Positions 37,352-45,791 of a DNA stretch of 64,000 bases are shown one piece after another. This stretch comes from Eubacteriales bacterium (GTDB taxonomy: Bacteria; Bacillota; Clostridia; Oscillospirales; CAG-272): positions 194 through 64,193 of the forward strand of contig JAZRCT010000020.1 of the NCBI GenBank assembly GCA_045659905.1, read 5' to 3'. Numbering within the stretch: the stretch's first letter is position 1; every line of letters starts with the position of its first letter. Below the pieces are notes generated by a model. That model had not been told where the DNA came from and ran no database searches. It saw only the letters and a program-made list of their open reading frames with translations. The translations under genes were made by a program, and so were the position numbers.

Positions 37352-38401
37352 ATGAGTAAACAGATTGTTAAAGAAACAAAGAATAAAATCAGAGTTGACT
37401 ACGAGGGCAAGCTTTCGCTTAAAGAAAGATTCTTAAGCAAAGCAAAGACCTTTAATACCTGGATTAAGGTAGTAGTAAATATCTTCCGCTTTGTTCTTAT
37501 GATTGGCGTATCCTACGTTATCCTTTATCCCTTCTTTGCGAGAATCGCAGGCTCCTTTATGACGAGACAGGACGTTCTTGATGCTACGGTTTCGCTTATA
37601 CCGAAGAATTTTACTCTTGAAATATATAAGTATATTATCGTAGAGAATAATTACTTCGATGCGCTCTGGCACACGATACTTATCTCGCTTCTTTGCGCAC
37701 TTGCACAGACTCTCGTGGCTTGTCTTATCGGCTACGGACTTGCAAAGTTCAAGTTCAAGGGTAATAAGCTTATAATGGGCGTGGTTGTCTTCACGATGAT
37801 TATTCCTCATAAGACGCTCCGTCTTGCAATAGTAAAGCATTTCACGATGTTCGACTTTATGACGGTTCAGTCCTGGAATATGAAGGGAATTATCGAGCTG
37901 CTTACGGGCGATACAATCGAGCTTGTTAACAGTGCGTGGCCGTTGGCTATCCTCTCAATCTTCGGACTTGCGTTTAAGAACGGACTGTATATATACCTTA
38001 TGCGTCAGTTCTTCAAGGGCGTCCCCGATGAGCTTGAGGAGAGTGCATACGTTGACGGCTCGGGCGTGTACCGTACCTTCTTCCAGATAATCCTTCCGCT
38101 TTCAATCCCGATGATGATTACTATATTCCTGTTCTCGTTCTCATGGCAGTGGACCGACGAATTCTACACTACGCTGTTCTGGGACGATAACGTGAATAAG
38201 TTCTATCTGATGCCGGATATCTATAAGACCATACCTGAGACCTTGGCGCAAAGGTACGAGGATCTTGCAGGTTGGGCAGTGTATAAGAACGTAGTTCAGA
38301 ATACTGCGGCAATGCTTATCATTCTTCCGCTGGTAATTATGTACTTGTTCTGCCAGAGATATCTCGTTCAGGGAATTGAGCGTTCGGGTATTGTTGGATA
38401 A
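37352..38401 (+). CDS. carbohydrate ABC transporter permease, pair 2
   Basis: EAA loop EESAYVDGSGVYRTFFQIILP. AAGGAGG RBS 8 nt before the ATG at 37352. The ORF-track GTG at 37343 lies inside the RBS. Confidence 0.85.
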   Translation: MSKQIVKETKNKIRVDYEGKLSLKERFLSKAKTFNTWIKVVVNIFRFVLMIGVSYVILYPFFARIAGSFMTRQDVLDATVSLIPKNFTLEIYKYIIVENNYFDALWHTILISLLCALAQTLVACLIGYGLAKFKFKGNKLIMGVVVFTMIIPHKTLRLAIVKHFTMFDFMTVQSWNMKGIIELLTGDTIELVNSAWPLAILSIFGLAFKNGLYIYLMRQFFKGVPDELEESAYVDGSGVYRTFFQIILPLSIPMMITIFLFSFSWQWTDEFYTTLFWDDNVNKFYLMPDIYKTIPETLAQRYEDLAGWAVYKNVVQNTAAMLIILPLVIMYLFCQRYLVQGIERSGIVG

Positions 38402-38518
38402 AATTAAAATCTTATATGGGTATAGGCTAAAGTCCTGAGGCTTAAAAGCAGAGTAAGCTAGGAATAGCTGCTTAGCTGCCAAGCGAAAGGGCGGAGTCTA
38501 CGCCTGTATTACAAACGT

Positions 38519-38572
38519 AAGAGAGAGTAAATCGGTTTAATTGATTTTAAGCCGAAATGCTCTCTCTTTTTT
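38519..38572 (+). terminator. long-hairpin terminator, copy 1 of a repeated element
   Basis: AAGAGAGAG ... CTCTCTCTT outer stem with an inner TCGGTTTA/TAAGCCGA stem, then TTTTTT. About 85% identical to 43795-43846. Confidence 0.6.
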
Positions 38573-38756
38573 GTTTATCCTCGCTTTAGAGCTGTGATTT
38601 TTAATAATGCACTGAGATTTTTATGTATTTATTTATATTTAATTAAAAGGAAGAAAACTGCATAAGCCGTGAGACCTTGTCAAAAGTATACAAAACTTCG
38701 CCCAAACCTCGGTGTAATATAGCAAAAATGTTTAATATGTTAGAAAATATAGCAGG

Positions 38757-38777
38757 GGTATGAGAAATTCTCATACC
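38757..38777. promoter_or_regulatory. perfect 9+3+9 palindrome abutting the liv -35 (candidate operator)
   Basis: GGTATGAGA-aat-TCTCATACC, 8 nt upstream of the TTGACA at 38786. Confidence 0.35.
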
Positions 38778-38785
38778 GTAAACTA

Positions 38786-38814
38786 TTGACAAAAGGATAG
38801 GGAAAGTTTATAAT
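38786..38814 (+). promoter_or_regulatory. sigma-A promoter of livJHMGF
   Basis: TTGACA-17 nt-TATAAT, a perfect consensus. Confidence 0.65.
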
Positions 38815-38826
38815 ATATCCATACTT

Positions 38827-38910
38827 AAAAAAAGCAATTTGCCGAGTGTTTCTCAGAGTATGAGATTTAAAATCACACACCCTTGGCGACGCTCGGCAGA
38901 TTGCTTTTTT
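38827..38910 (+). promoter_or_regulatory. leader terminator/attenuator upstream of livJ
   Basis: 13-bp stem GCAATTTGCCGAG (38834-38846) / CTCGGCAGATTGC (38892-38904) enclosing a 45-nt interior that has its own small hairpin. It is followed by TTTTTT. It lies between the promoter and the livJ RBS. Confidence 0.5.
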
Positions 38911-38950
38911 GGGAAATATTTTACCTGAATAAGGTACAAGGAGAAAGAAA

Positions 38951-40069
38951 ATGAAAAAGACATTCGCAAAAATCTTTTGTCTGGTACTCGTAGCAGTTCT
39001 TATGGTTACCGGACTTGCATCCTGTAACAAGGGCGGCTTCAAGGATAATACCTTTAAGATTGGAGCTACCGGTCCTCTTACCGGAGAAGCAGCTTCCTAC
39101 GGAACTTCCGTAAAGCAGGGCGCTGAGCTTGCAATTAAGCACCTCAACGCTAAGGGCGGCACTCAGTTCTCGTTCCAGATTCTTGATGATAAGGCTGGCG
39201 CTGAGGACGCAGCGACCAACTACGACACGCTTATTGATGCAGGTATGCAGTTCTCGCTCGGTGGCGTAACCTCAGGCTCGGGCGAAGCATTCGCTAAGAA
39301 GGCTAATTCCGACGGCGTATTCTGTATGACTCCCTCGGGCTCTGCAGACCCCGTTATCACGAACCTTAAGTATTCCTTCCGTCTTTGCTTCGGCGACCCC
39401 GACCAGGGCGCTCTTGCAGCAGAGGAAATAAAGAAGGGCAATTTCGCTAAGGTAGGCGCAATCTACGACGAGAGCGATCCCTATTCTTCGGGTATCTACG
39501 CAGCATTCGAGGATAAGATGGCAGAGTTTAAGATTGATTACACCGAGCAGAAGTTTGACGCTGAGAATAAGGTTGACTTCTCCACTCAGGCAGAGGCTCT
39601 TAAGGAATGTGACATCATCTTTATGCCTTTCTACTACACCGAGGCTTCGCTCTTTATTAAGAAGGCAGTAGAGAAGAACTGCGATGCAGTATTCTTCGGA
39701 TGCGACGGCTTCGACGGTATTGCAGGTCTCGTTGAGAACGTTGACAACACCATCAAGTACATCACTCCATTTGACGTAGTAAGCACCGAGACCAACGTAA
39801 AGAATTTCGTTGATGCATATACCGCAGAGTACGGCGCAGCTCCCGACCAGTTCGCAGCAGACGCATACGACGTTGTTATGGTTCTTGCAGCAGCTCTTGA
39901 GGAGGCTGGCGCTACCGATTACTCGCTCTCCGCTAAGGCTCTTGGCGATATCATCTTCGATACCATTACCGATAAGGACTTCTCCTACGACGGTCTTACC
40001 GGTGACGATATGACCTGGGGCACTGACGGTAAGTGCACTAAAGCTCCTAAGATAGTAGAGCTTAAGTAA
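38951..40069 (+). CDS. livJ: branched-chain amino acid ABC transporter substrate-binding lipoprotein
   Basis: 372 aa, lipobox LASC, Peripla_BP_6-type sequence (FKIGATGPLTGEAASYG). Confidence 0.85.
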   Translation: MKKTFAKIFCLVLVAVLMVTGLASCNKGGFKDNTFKIGATGPLTGEAASYGTSVKQGAELAIKHLNAKGGTQFSFQILDDKAGAEDAATNYDTLIDAGMQFSLGGVTSGSGEAFAKKANSDGVFCMTPSGSADPVITNLKYSFRLCFGDPDQGALAAEEIKKGNFAKVGAIYDESDPYSSGIYAAFEDKMAEFKIDYTEQKFDAENKVDFSTQAEALKECDIIFMPFYYTEASLFIKKAVEKNCDAVFFGCDGFDGIAGLVENVDNTIKYITPFDVVSTETNVKNFVDAYTAEYGAAPDQFAADAYDVVMVLAAALEEAGATDYSLSAKALGDIIFDTITDKDFSYDGLTGDDMTWGTDGKCTKAPKIVELK

Positions 40070-40083
40070 TTAAAATATTATTT

Positions 40084-40131
40084 CAAGATAATCTCGTGCG
40101 ATTTTCTTCGTGCGAGCTTATCTTGCGTTTT
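40084..40131 (+). terminator. intra-operon hairpin after livJ (partial terminator)
   Basis: Imperfect CAAGATAATCTCG / CGAGCTTATCTTG stem followed by CGTTTT. Confidence 0.4.
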
Positions 40132-40197
40132 AGGAAAAAATAAAAAACAACTTGTTTTGCAAATAAAAGCTTACTTTTTCCTAGAGAAAGGGAAACA

Positions 40198-41064
40198 ATG
40201 ATAATCAATACAATTATCGACGGACTCAGCCTTGGCGCAATTTATGCGCTTATAGCGCTTGGCTACACTATGGTATACGGTATTGCGAAAATGCTTAATT
40301 TCGCTCACGGCGATATCATAATGGTAGGCGCATACGCTATTTTCACGGTGCTAATGATGGGCTCGTCGCCGATAGGCATAATTCTTGCTATTCTGATTCC
40401 TATCGTAGTCTGTACGCTTCTCGGTATTGCCGTTGAGCGCACTGCATATAGACCGTTAAGAGGCGCATCACCTCTTGCGGTGCTTATCACGGCGATAGGT
40501 GTCAGCTACCTTCTTCAGGGTATAGCTCAGCTTATCTTCGGAGTTACGCCAAAGACGCTTGACTTTAAAATCCCGGGAAGCTTTCTCGGCATACCCGTTT
40601 ACAGCATCGTGACTCTTATAGTAGCGGGTATAATAATGGTTTCTCTTACGCTTTTCGTAAAGTATACCAAGACGGGACGTGCTATGGTTGCCGTATCCGA
40701 GGACAGAGGCGCAGCTCAGCTTATGGGCGTTAACGTTAACGCAATAATTGCCATAACCTTCGCAATAGGCTCGGCGCTTGCGGCGTGCGCAAGTATTTTC
40801 TACGTTATGCAGATTCCTAAAATTGACCCGACTCTCGGCTCGCTTCCGGGCATCAAGGCGTTTACCGCAGCGGTTATAGGCGGTATAGGCTCGCTTCCCG
40901 GCGCTATGCTTGGCGGCGTGCTTTTAGGTCTGGTAGAGAAAATCGTTCAGTCCATACCTGCGCTCAGCTCCTATACCACCGCAATAGAGTTTTCGCTCCT
41001 TATCGTGATTCTTCTCGTTAAGCCCTCAGGACTTCTCGGCAAGAAGAGAAACGAAAAGGTTTAA
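40198..41064 (+). CDS. livH: branched-chain amino acid ABC transporter permease
   Basis: 288 aa, the typical LivH N-terminus (INTIIDGLSLGAIYALIALGYTMVYG). Confidence 0.9.
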   Translation: MIINTIIDGLSLGAIYALIALGYTMVYGIAKMLNFAHGDIIMVGAYAIFTVLMMGSSPIGIILAILIPIVVCTLLGIAVERTAYRPLRGASPLAVLITAIGVSYLLQGIAQLIFGVTPKTLDFKIPGSFLGIPVYSIVTLIVAGIIMVSLTLFVKYTKTGRAMVAVSEDRGAAQLMGVNVNAIIAITFAIGSALAACASIFYVMQIPKIDPTLGSLPGIKAFTAAVIGGIGSLPGAMLGGVLLGLVEKIVQSIPALSSYTTAIEFSLLIVILLVKPSGLLGKKRNEKV

Positions 41065-41076
41065 CGGAGGTGCGCT

Positions 41077-42261
41077 ATGAGAGAATATCTTAACAATATT
41101 AAGAGAAGCTTCAAATGGAAGCACTTCGTCAACTATATAGCGGTAGCGGCGGTGCTCGTTATCTTCACTGCGCTTTACTACGCAGGTGCGCTTAACCGTT
41201 CGCTCCCTTCGCTTCTTAACCAGATAGGATACAGCATACTTCTCGCCGTATCACTTAACCTCGTAGTAGGCTTCCTCGGAGAGCTTTCGCTCGGTCACGC
41301 AGGCTTTATGTGCGTTGGTGCTTATCTCGGTACTTACCTCGCCAACCTCTTTATAGCAGGTGGAATGCCTCCTATGCTTGCGCTTATCATTTCTATGCTT
41401 ATAGGCGGACTTGCAGCGGCAGTGCTTGGCTTCGTTGTAGGACTTCCCGCACTTCGTCTGCGCGGAGACTACCTTGCTATAGTAACGCTTGCGTTCGGTG
41501 AGATTATAAGAAATATCTGCCGAAATCTTCCTATGTTCGGCGGAGCGCTTGGACTTGGCTCAAGCCTCAACGACGCTGTAAACGGCAAACAAATCCCACC
41601 TCTGTTCATAGTTTCGCTCGTGCTAGTGCTTATTATGCTTGCAGTAGTGCAGAATCTCTTAAGGTCAAAGCACGGCAGAGCTATCACGGCTATCAGAGAC
41701 AACGAGATTGCCTCTAAGGCGACTGGTATCAACGTTACCTTCTACAAGCTTCTCGTATTTATAATATCGGCGTTCTTTGCGGGTATTGCAGGCGTTATCT
41801 ACGGCTCGGGCGTATCTCCCGTGCTTTACACCAACTTTGATTACAACTATTCTATCGAAATTCTCGTTATGGTCGTCCTTGGCGGTATGGGCTCGCTTAA
41901 CGGCTCAATCGTTGCGGCTACAGTTATCACCGTCCTTAATTTCTACCTTAAGTCCTTCCTTACGGGAGATATGGCGGCGGTAAAGACGCTCGTTTATGCG
42001 ATAATTCTTATAGTTATGGTTATCTATAAGAACGCTCCCGCACTTAAGAATATCAGAGAAAAATACGATATAAAGAAGCTTGTTACGAAAATCATTCCCC
42101 GTCATAAGCGTGAATCCTACGTGCGTGACGACGAGGCAAGATGGGACGTCGTTACTACCAAGATATCTATGAACGAGGTTCTTTCTACCGATATCGTGGT
42201 TCAGGAAAGCGTCACAAGCCCTGATAAGCCCGATAAGCCGCAGAGCGGCAGCAACGAGTAA
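41077..42261 (+). CDS. livM: branched-chain amino acid ABC transporter permease (with a roughly 65-aa hydrophilic C-terminal tail)
   Basis: 394 aa, LivM core (LNLVVGFLGELSLGHAGFM). Confidence 0.9.
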   Translation: MREYLNNIKRSFKWKHFVNYIAVAAVLVIFTALYYAGALNRSLPSLLNQIGYSILLAVSLNLVVGFLGELSLGHAGFMCVGAYLGTYLANLFIAGGMPPMLALIISMLIGGLAAAVLGFVVGLPALRLRGDYLAIVTLAFGEIIRNICRNLPMFGGALGLGSSLNDAVNGKQIPPLFIVSLVLVLIMLAVVQNLLRSKHGRAITAIRDNEIASKATGINVTFYKLLVFIISAFFAGIAGVIYGSGVSPVLYTNFDYNYSIEILVMVVLGGMGSLNGSIVAATVITVLNFYLKSFLTGDMAAVKTLVYAIILIVMVIYKNAPALKNIREKYDIKKLVTKIIPRHKRESYVRDDEARWDVVTTKISMNEVLSTDIVVQESVTSPDKPDKPQSGSNE

Positions 42262-42274
42262 GGAGGTGCTTAAA

Positions 42275-43051
42275 ATGAGTGAATACGTACTTGAAACAAA
42301 GAATTTAGGCATATCCTTCGGCGGCCTTAAGGCGGCTCAGGACGTTAATCTTAAAATCAAAAAGCACGAAATATACGGTCTTATAGGCCCTAACGGCGCA
42401 GGTAAGACGACCGTATTCAATATGCTCACAGGCGTATATCAGCCCACCACAGGCACTTTTTATCTTAACGGTGAGGAGCTTAAGGGACTTACGCAGGAGA
42501 AGATAAATAAAAAGGGAATAGCAAGAACCTTCCAGAATATCAGACTGTTCAACAATATGTCTGTTATCCGTAACGTAATGGTAGGACTTCACAATCTTCC
42601 CGAATTCAAATGCAGCCTTTTCGCTACTATTTTTCGTCTGCCGAGCTATTACAGAGCCGAGCGTGCTATGCGTGAGGAGGCAAAGAAGCTTCTTGAAATC
42701 TTCGGGCTTCTCGAGGAGCGCAATAATTACGCCTTCAATCTTCCTTACGGAAAGCAGAGAAAGCTTGAAATAGCGAGAGCGCTTGCTACAAGACCGAAGC
42801 TCTTGCTTCTTGACGAGCCTGCTGCGGGTATGAATCCGCACGAGACCGAGGAGCTTATGCAGACGATAAGGTTTATCCGTGATAATTTCGATATGACGGT
42901 GCTTCTTATAGAGCACGATATGAGTCTCGTTACGGGCGTGTGCGACAACGTCACGGTGCTTAATTTCGGTACTACTCTTGCAGAGGGTAAGACCGAAGAT
43001 GCGCTTTCAAATCCCGAGGTTATAAAGGCATACCTCGGCGACGACGAGTAA
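42275..43051 (+). CDS. livG: branched-chain amino acid ABC transporter ATP-binding protein
   Basis: Walker A GPNGAGKTT, signature YGKQRKLE, Walker B LLLLDEP. AAGGAGG RBS 8 nt before the ATG at 42275. Confidence 0.9.
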   Translation: MSEYVLETKNLGISFGGLKAAQDVNLKIKKHEIYGLIGPNGAGKTTVFNMLTGVYQPTTGTFYLNGEELKGLTQEKINKKGIARTFQNIRLFNNMSVIRNVMVGLHNLPEFKCSLFATIFRLPSYYRAERAMREEAKKLLEIFGLLEERNNYAFNLPYGKQRKLEIARALATRPKLLLLDEPAAGMNPHETEELMQTIRFIRDNFDMTVLLIEHDMSLVTGVCDNVTVLNFGTTLAEGKTEDALSNPEVIKAYLGDDE

Positions 43052-43060
43052 GGAGGAATT

Positions 43061-43771
43061 ATGGTACTTCTTGAAGTAAAAGACCTTGAGGTCAACTACG
43101 GACTTATCAAGGCTATAAAGGGCGTGTCGTTTGAGGTCAACGAGGGCGAGATTGTATCGCTTATCGGCGCTAACGGTGCAGGAAAGACCACTATTATGCA
43201 CGCAATAAGCTGTCTTATCGGTAAAAGCGCAGGAAGCGTAACCTTTGGCGGCACGGATATTTCCTCGGTAGCGGCGCATAAGCTCGTTACTATGGGTATA
43301 GCTCAAGTACCTGAGGGAAGAAGAATTTTCCAGGAGCTTACGGTATTTGAGAATCTTCAGCTTGGATATTATACCAAAAAGGATAAGCAGGAGTTTACCT
43401 CTAAGCTTGAGGAAATGTACGAGAATTTCCCAATACTAAAGGAAAGAAAGAATCAGATAGCTGGTACGCTTTCGGGCGGTGAGCAGCAGATGCTTGCTAT
43501 GTCAAGAGCGCTTATGTCAAGCCCCAAGCTTTTGCTTCTTGACGAGCCTAGTATGGGACTTTCGCCTCTTTACGTTAATACAATCTTTGAAATGATAAAG
43601 AAGGTTAACGAGCTTGGCACTACCGTGCTCTTGGTTGAGCAGAACGCAAAAAAGGCTCTCTCAATAGCAGACAGAGCCTACGTGCTTGAAATCGGTAAAA
43701 TGACCAAGTCGGGTACGGGAGCGGAGCTTCTTTCCGACTCCGCAGTGCGTAAGGCGTACCTCGGCGGCTAA
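43061..43771 (+). CDS. livF: branched-chain amino acid ABC transporter ATP-binding protein
   Basis: Walker A GANGAGKTT, signature LSGGEQQML, Walker B LLLLDEP. Confidence 0.9.
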   Translation: MVLLEVKDLEVNYGLIKAIKGVSFEVNEGEIVSLIGANGAGKTTIMHAISCLIGKSAGSVTFGGTDISSVAAHKLVTMGIAQVPEGRRIFQELTVFENLQLGYYTKKDKQEFTSKLEEMYENFPILKERKNQIAGTLSGGEQQMLAMSRALMSSPKLLLLDEPSMGLSPLYVNTIFEMIKKVNELGTTVLLVEQNAKKALSIADRAYVLEIGKMTKSGTGAELLSDSAVRKAYLGG

Positions 43772-43794
43772 GCCCAAACCCCTTTTACAAGAAA

Positions 43795-43846
43795 AAGAGA
43801 GAACAAATCGGATTAATTAAAAACCCGAAATGCTCTCTCTTTTTTT
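43795..43846. terminator. long-hairpin bidirectional terminator, copy 2 of the repeated element
   Basis: AAGAGAGA ... TCTCTCTT stem flanked by AAAAA and TTTTTTT. It lies between convergent livF and the DAHP synthase gene and resembles 38519-38572. Confidence 0.65.
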
Positions 43847-43872
43847 GTTCGTTTTTATCGCTTAAGACCGGC

Positions 43873-44904
43873 TTAAAGCTTCTCGGCAATATCGTAAATA
43901 AGTCTTTCGGTCTTTTCCCAGCCAAGGCAGGGGTCGGTTATCGACTTTCCGTAAACCTCGTCCTGAGAAATCTTCTGACAGCCGTCCTCAAGATAGCTTT
44001 CAATCATAAGTCCCTTGACAAGCTGCTTAACTGCGGGGTCGTAATTTCTTGAATGTATAATTTCCTTTGAAATTCTTATCTGCTCAAGGTATTTCTTGCC
44101 TGAATTTGCGTGGTTGGTGTCGACTATGCAGGCAGGATTTTTAAGTCCCGATTCGGCATAAATTTTAGCAAGCGAAGCCAAATCCTCGTAATGGTAATTG
44201 GAGTGCGAGCGTCCCTCGTCGTCCACGTAGCCTCGGAGAATAGCGTGAGCGTAAGGGTTGCCCTGGCTCTGTACCTCCCAGCCACGGTAGCAGAATATGT
44301 GCGAGGACTGTGCCGCCTTTATCGAATTCATCATAACGGTGATATCGCCGCTCGTTGGGTTTTTCATACCCACCGGCACGTCAAGTCCCGATGCGGTAAG
44401 TCTGTGCTGCTGGTCCTCTACCGAGCGTGCGCCTACCGCTACGTAGCCTACGAGGTCTGAAAGATATCTGTGGTTTTCAGGGTAGAGCATCTCGTCAGCG
44501 CAGGCAAAGCCGGTTTCCGAGATAGCCTTCATATGGAGATGTCTTATAGCGACGATACCCTTTAAAAGGTCAGGGTTTGCATTCGGGTCAGGCTGATGAA
44601 GCATACCCTTGTAGCCCTCGCCCGTGGTTCTCGGCTTGTTCGTGTATATTCTCGGAATAATTACTATCTTGTCGGACACCTTGTCCTGGACGGTACGAAG
44701 ACGGTAGATATAGTCAAGCACCGCATCCTCTCTATCGGCGGAGCAAGGACCTATTACCAGAATGAACTTGTCGCTCTCACCCGAAAAAATAGCCTTGAAT
44801 TCGTCGAGGTGACGCTTGCGTGCCTCCTCGATTTCATTAGTAATAGGGAACTGCTCCTTTATCTCAGCAGGGATAGGAAGCTTTCTAAAAAATTTCATAT
44901 TCAT
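43873..44904 (-). CDS. aroG: 3-deoxy-7-phosphoheptulonate (DAHP) synthase, class I-alpha (AroF/G/H type)
   Basis: 343 aa. VIGPCS, KPRTT, GARSVEDQ.HR, VGMKN and KSITD.C.GWE motifs as in E. coli AroG. Isozyme and feedback specificity are unknown. Confidence 0.9.
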   Translation of the reverse strand: MNMKFFRKLPIPAEIKEQFPITNEIEEARKRHLDEFKAIFSGESDKFILVIGPCSADREDAVLDYIYRLRTVQDKVSDKIVIIPRIYTNKPRTTGEGYKGMLHQPDPNANPDLLKGIVAIRHLHMKAISETGFACADEMLYPENHRYLSDLVGYVAVGARSVEDQQHRLTASGLDVPVGMKNPTSGDITVMMNSIKAAQSSHIFCYRGWEVQSQGNPYAHAILRGYVDDEGRSHSNYHYEDLASLAKIYAESGLKNPACIVDTNHANSGKKYLEQIRISKEIIHSRNYDPAVKQLVKGLMIESYLEDGCQKISQDEVYGKSITDPCLGWEKTERLIYDIAEKL

Positions 44905-44927
44905 AGTTCGTTACCTCGTAATATTAT

Positions 44928-45791
44928 TTAAATTGGTTTGTCGAAAAGCTCTCGTCTTTTCGCTGCGGCTCTCATTTCACGGCGCATTCCATCGGTGTCG
45001 CCCTCGGCGAGCAGCCGTCTTATTTCATTGAATTTGTCAATAAAAGTGTCCATTTCCAGGAGTAAAGCTTCCTTGTTAAGCTCAAAAAGCTCGCTCCACA
45101 TAAGGTCGTTTATCTTGGCAATTCTGGTAAGGTCACGGAATGAATCTCCCGTGTATTTTTCAAGCCCCTCGGCTTCGTTTGCGTTCATAAGCGCTACTGC
45201 TATTGCGTGCGTAAGCTGTGATAGAAAGGCTATCATAGCGTCGTGCTTTTCGGGGCTTAAGAGGCTTACCGATTTAAAGCCTAAAATCTCGCCTAATGCA
45301 CTTATAAGCTCTATTGCAGAATCGGTGTTCCTTTGTGTCGGGGTTATTATAAAATTTGCACCCTTAAATACGCTTGGAGTTGAGTATTCAACGCCGCTTT
45401 TTTCACGTCCCGCCATAGGGTGGTGCGAGATAAATTCAACTCCCGTATCAATAAGCAATTCCTGCACCGTATATACCACGCTTGATTTTACACCCGAAAC
45501 GTCGGTAATAACAGTCCCCGCACGGAAAAGATGCTTATAAGCCTTTACCCAGTCTATAAAAACGCTGGGATAGAGCCCAAATATAATAAGCTCGCTTTTT
45601 GCTATAAGCTCGCTGTCAACCTCGGTTGTACCGAAGCTTATCATTTTGTTTTCTATTGCATAATCAATGTCGCTCTGGTTTTTGGTTATGCAGGATACTG
45701 TGTAGCCCTTGTCAAAGAGCGCTTTGGCGTATCCGCCGCCAATCACTCCAAGACCGACTATAAGTATATGCGTGTCTTTATTCAGCTTCAT
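44928..45791 (-). CDS. tyrA: prephenate dehydrogenase
   Basis: 287 aa, Rossmann motif IVGLGVIGGG, then HPMAGRE. Confidence 0.9.
   Translation of the reverse strand: MKLNKDTHILIVGLGVIGGGYAKALFDKGYTVSCITKNQSDIDYAIENKMISFGTTEVDSELIAKSELIIFGLYPSVFIDWVKAYKHLFRAGTVITDVSGVKSSVVYTVQELLIDTGVEFISHHPMAGREKSGVEYSTPSVFKGANFIITPTQRNTDSAIELISALGEILGFKSVSLLSPEKHDAMIAFLSQLTHAIAVALMNANEAEGLEKYTGDSFRDLTRIAKINDLMWSELFELNKEALLLEMDTFIDKFNEIRRLLAEGDTDGMRREMRAAAKRRELFDKPI

Noticed and set aside
38740-39142. Minus-strand ORFs of 100 aa and 73 aa across the liv promoter, leader and the start of livJ.
   Set aside because: They overlap a perfect plus-strand promoter, the leader hairpin and the livJ signal peptide, and they have no RBS.
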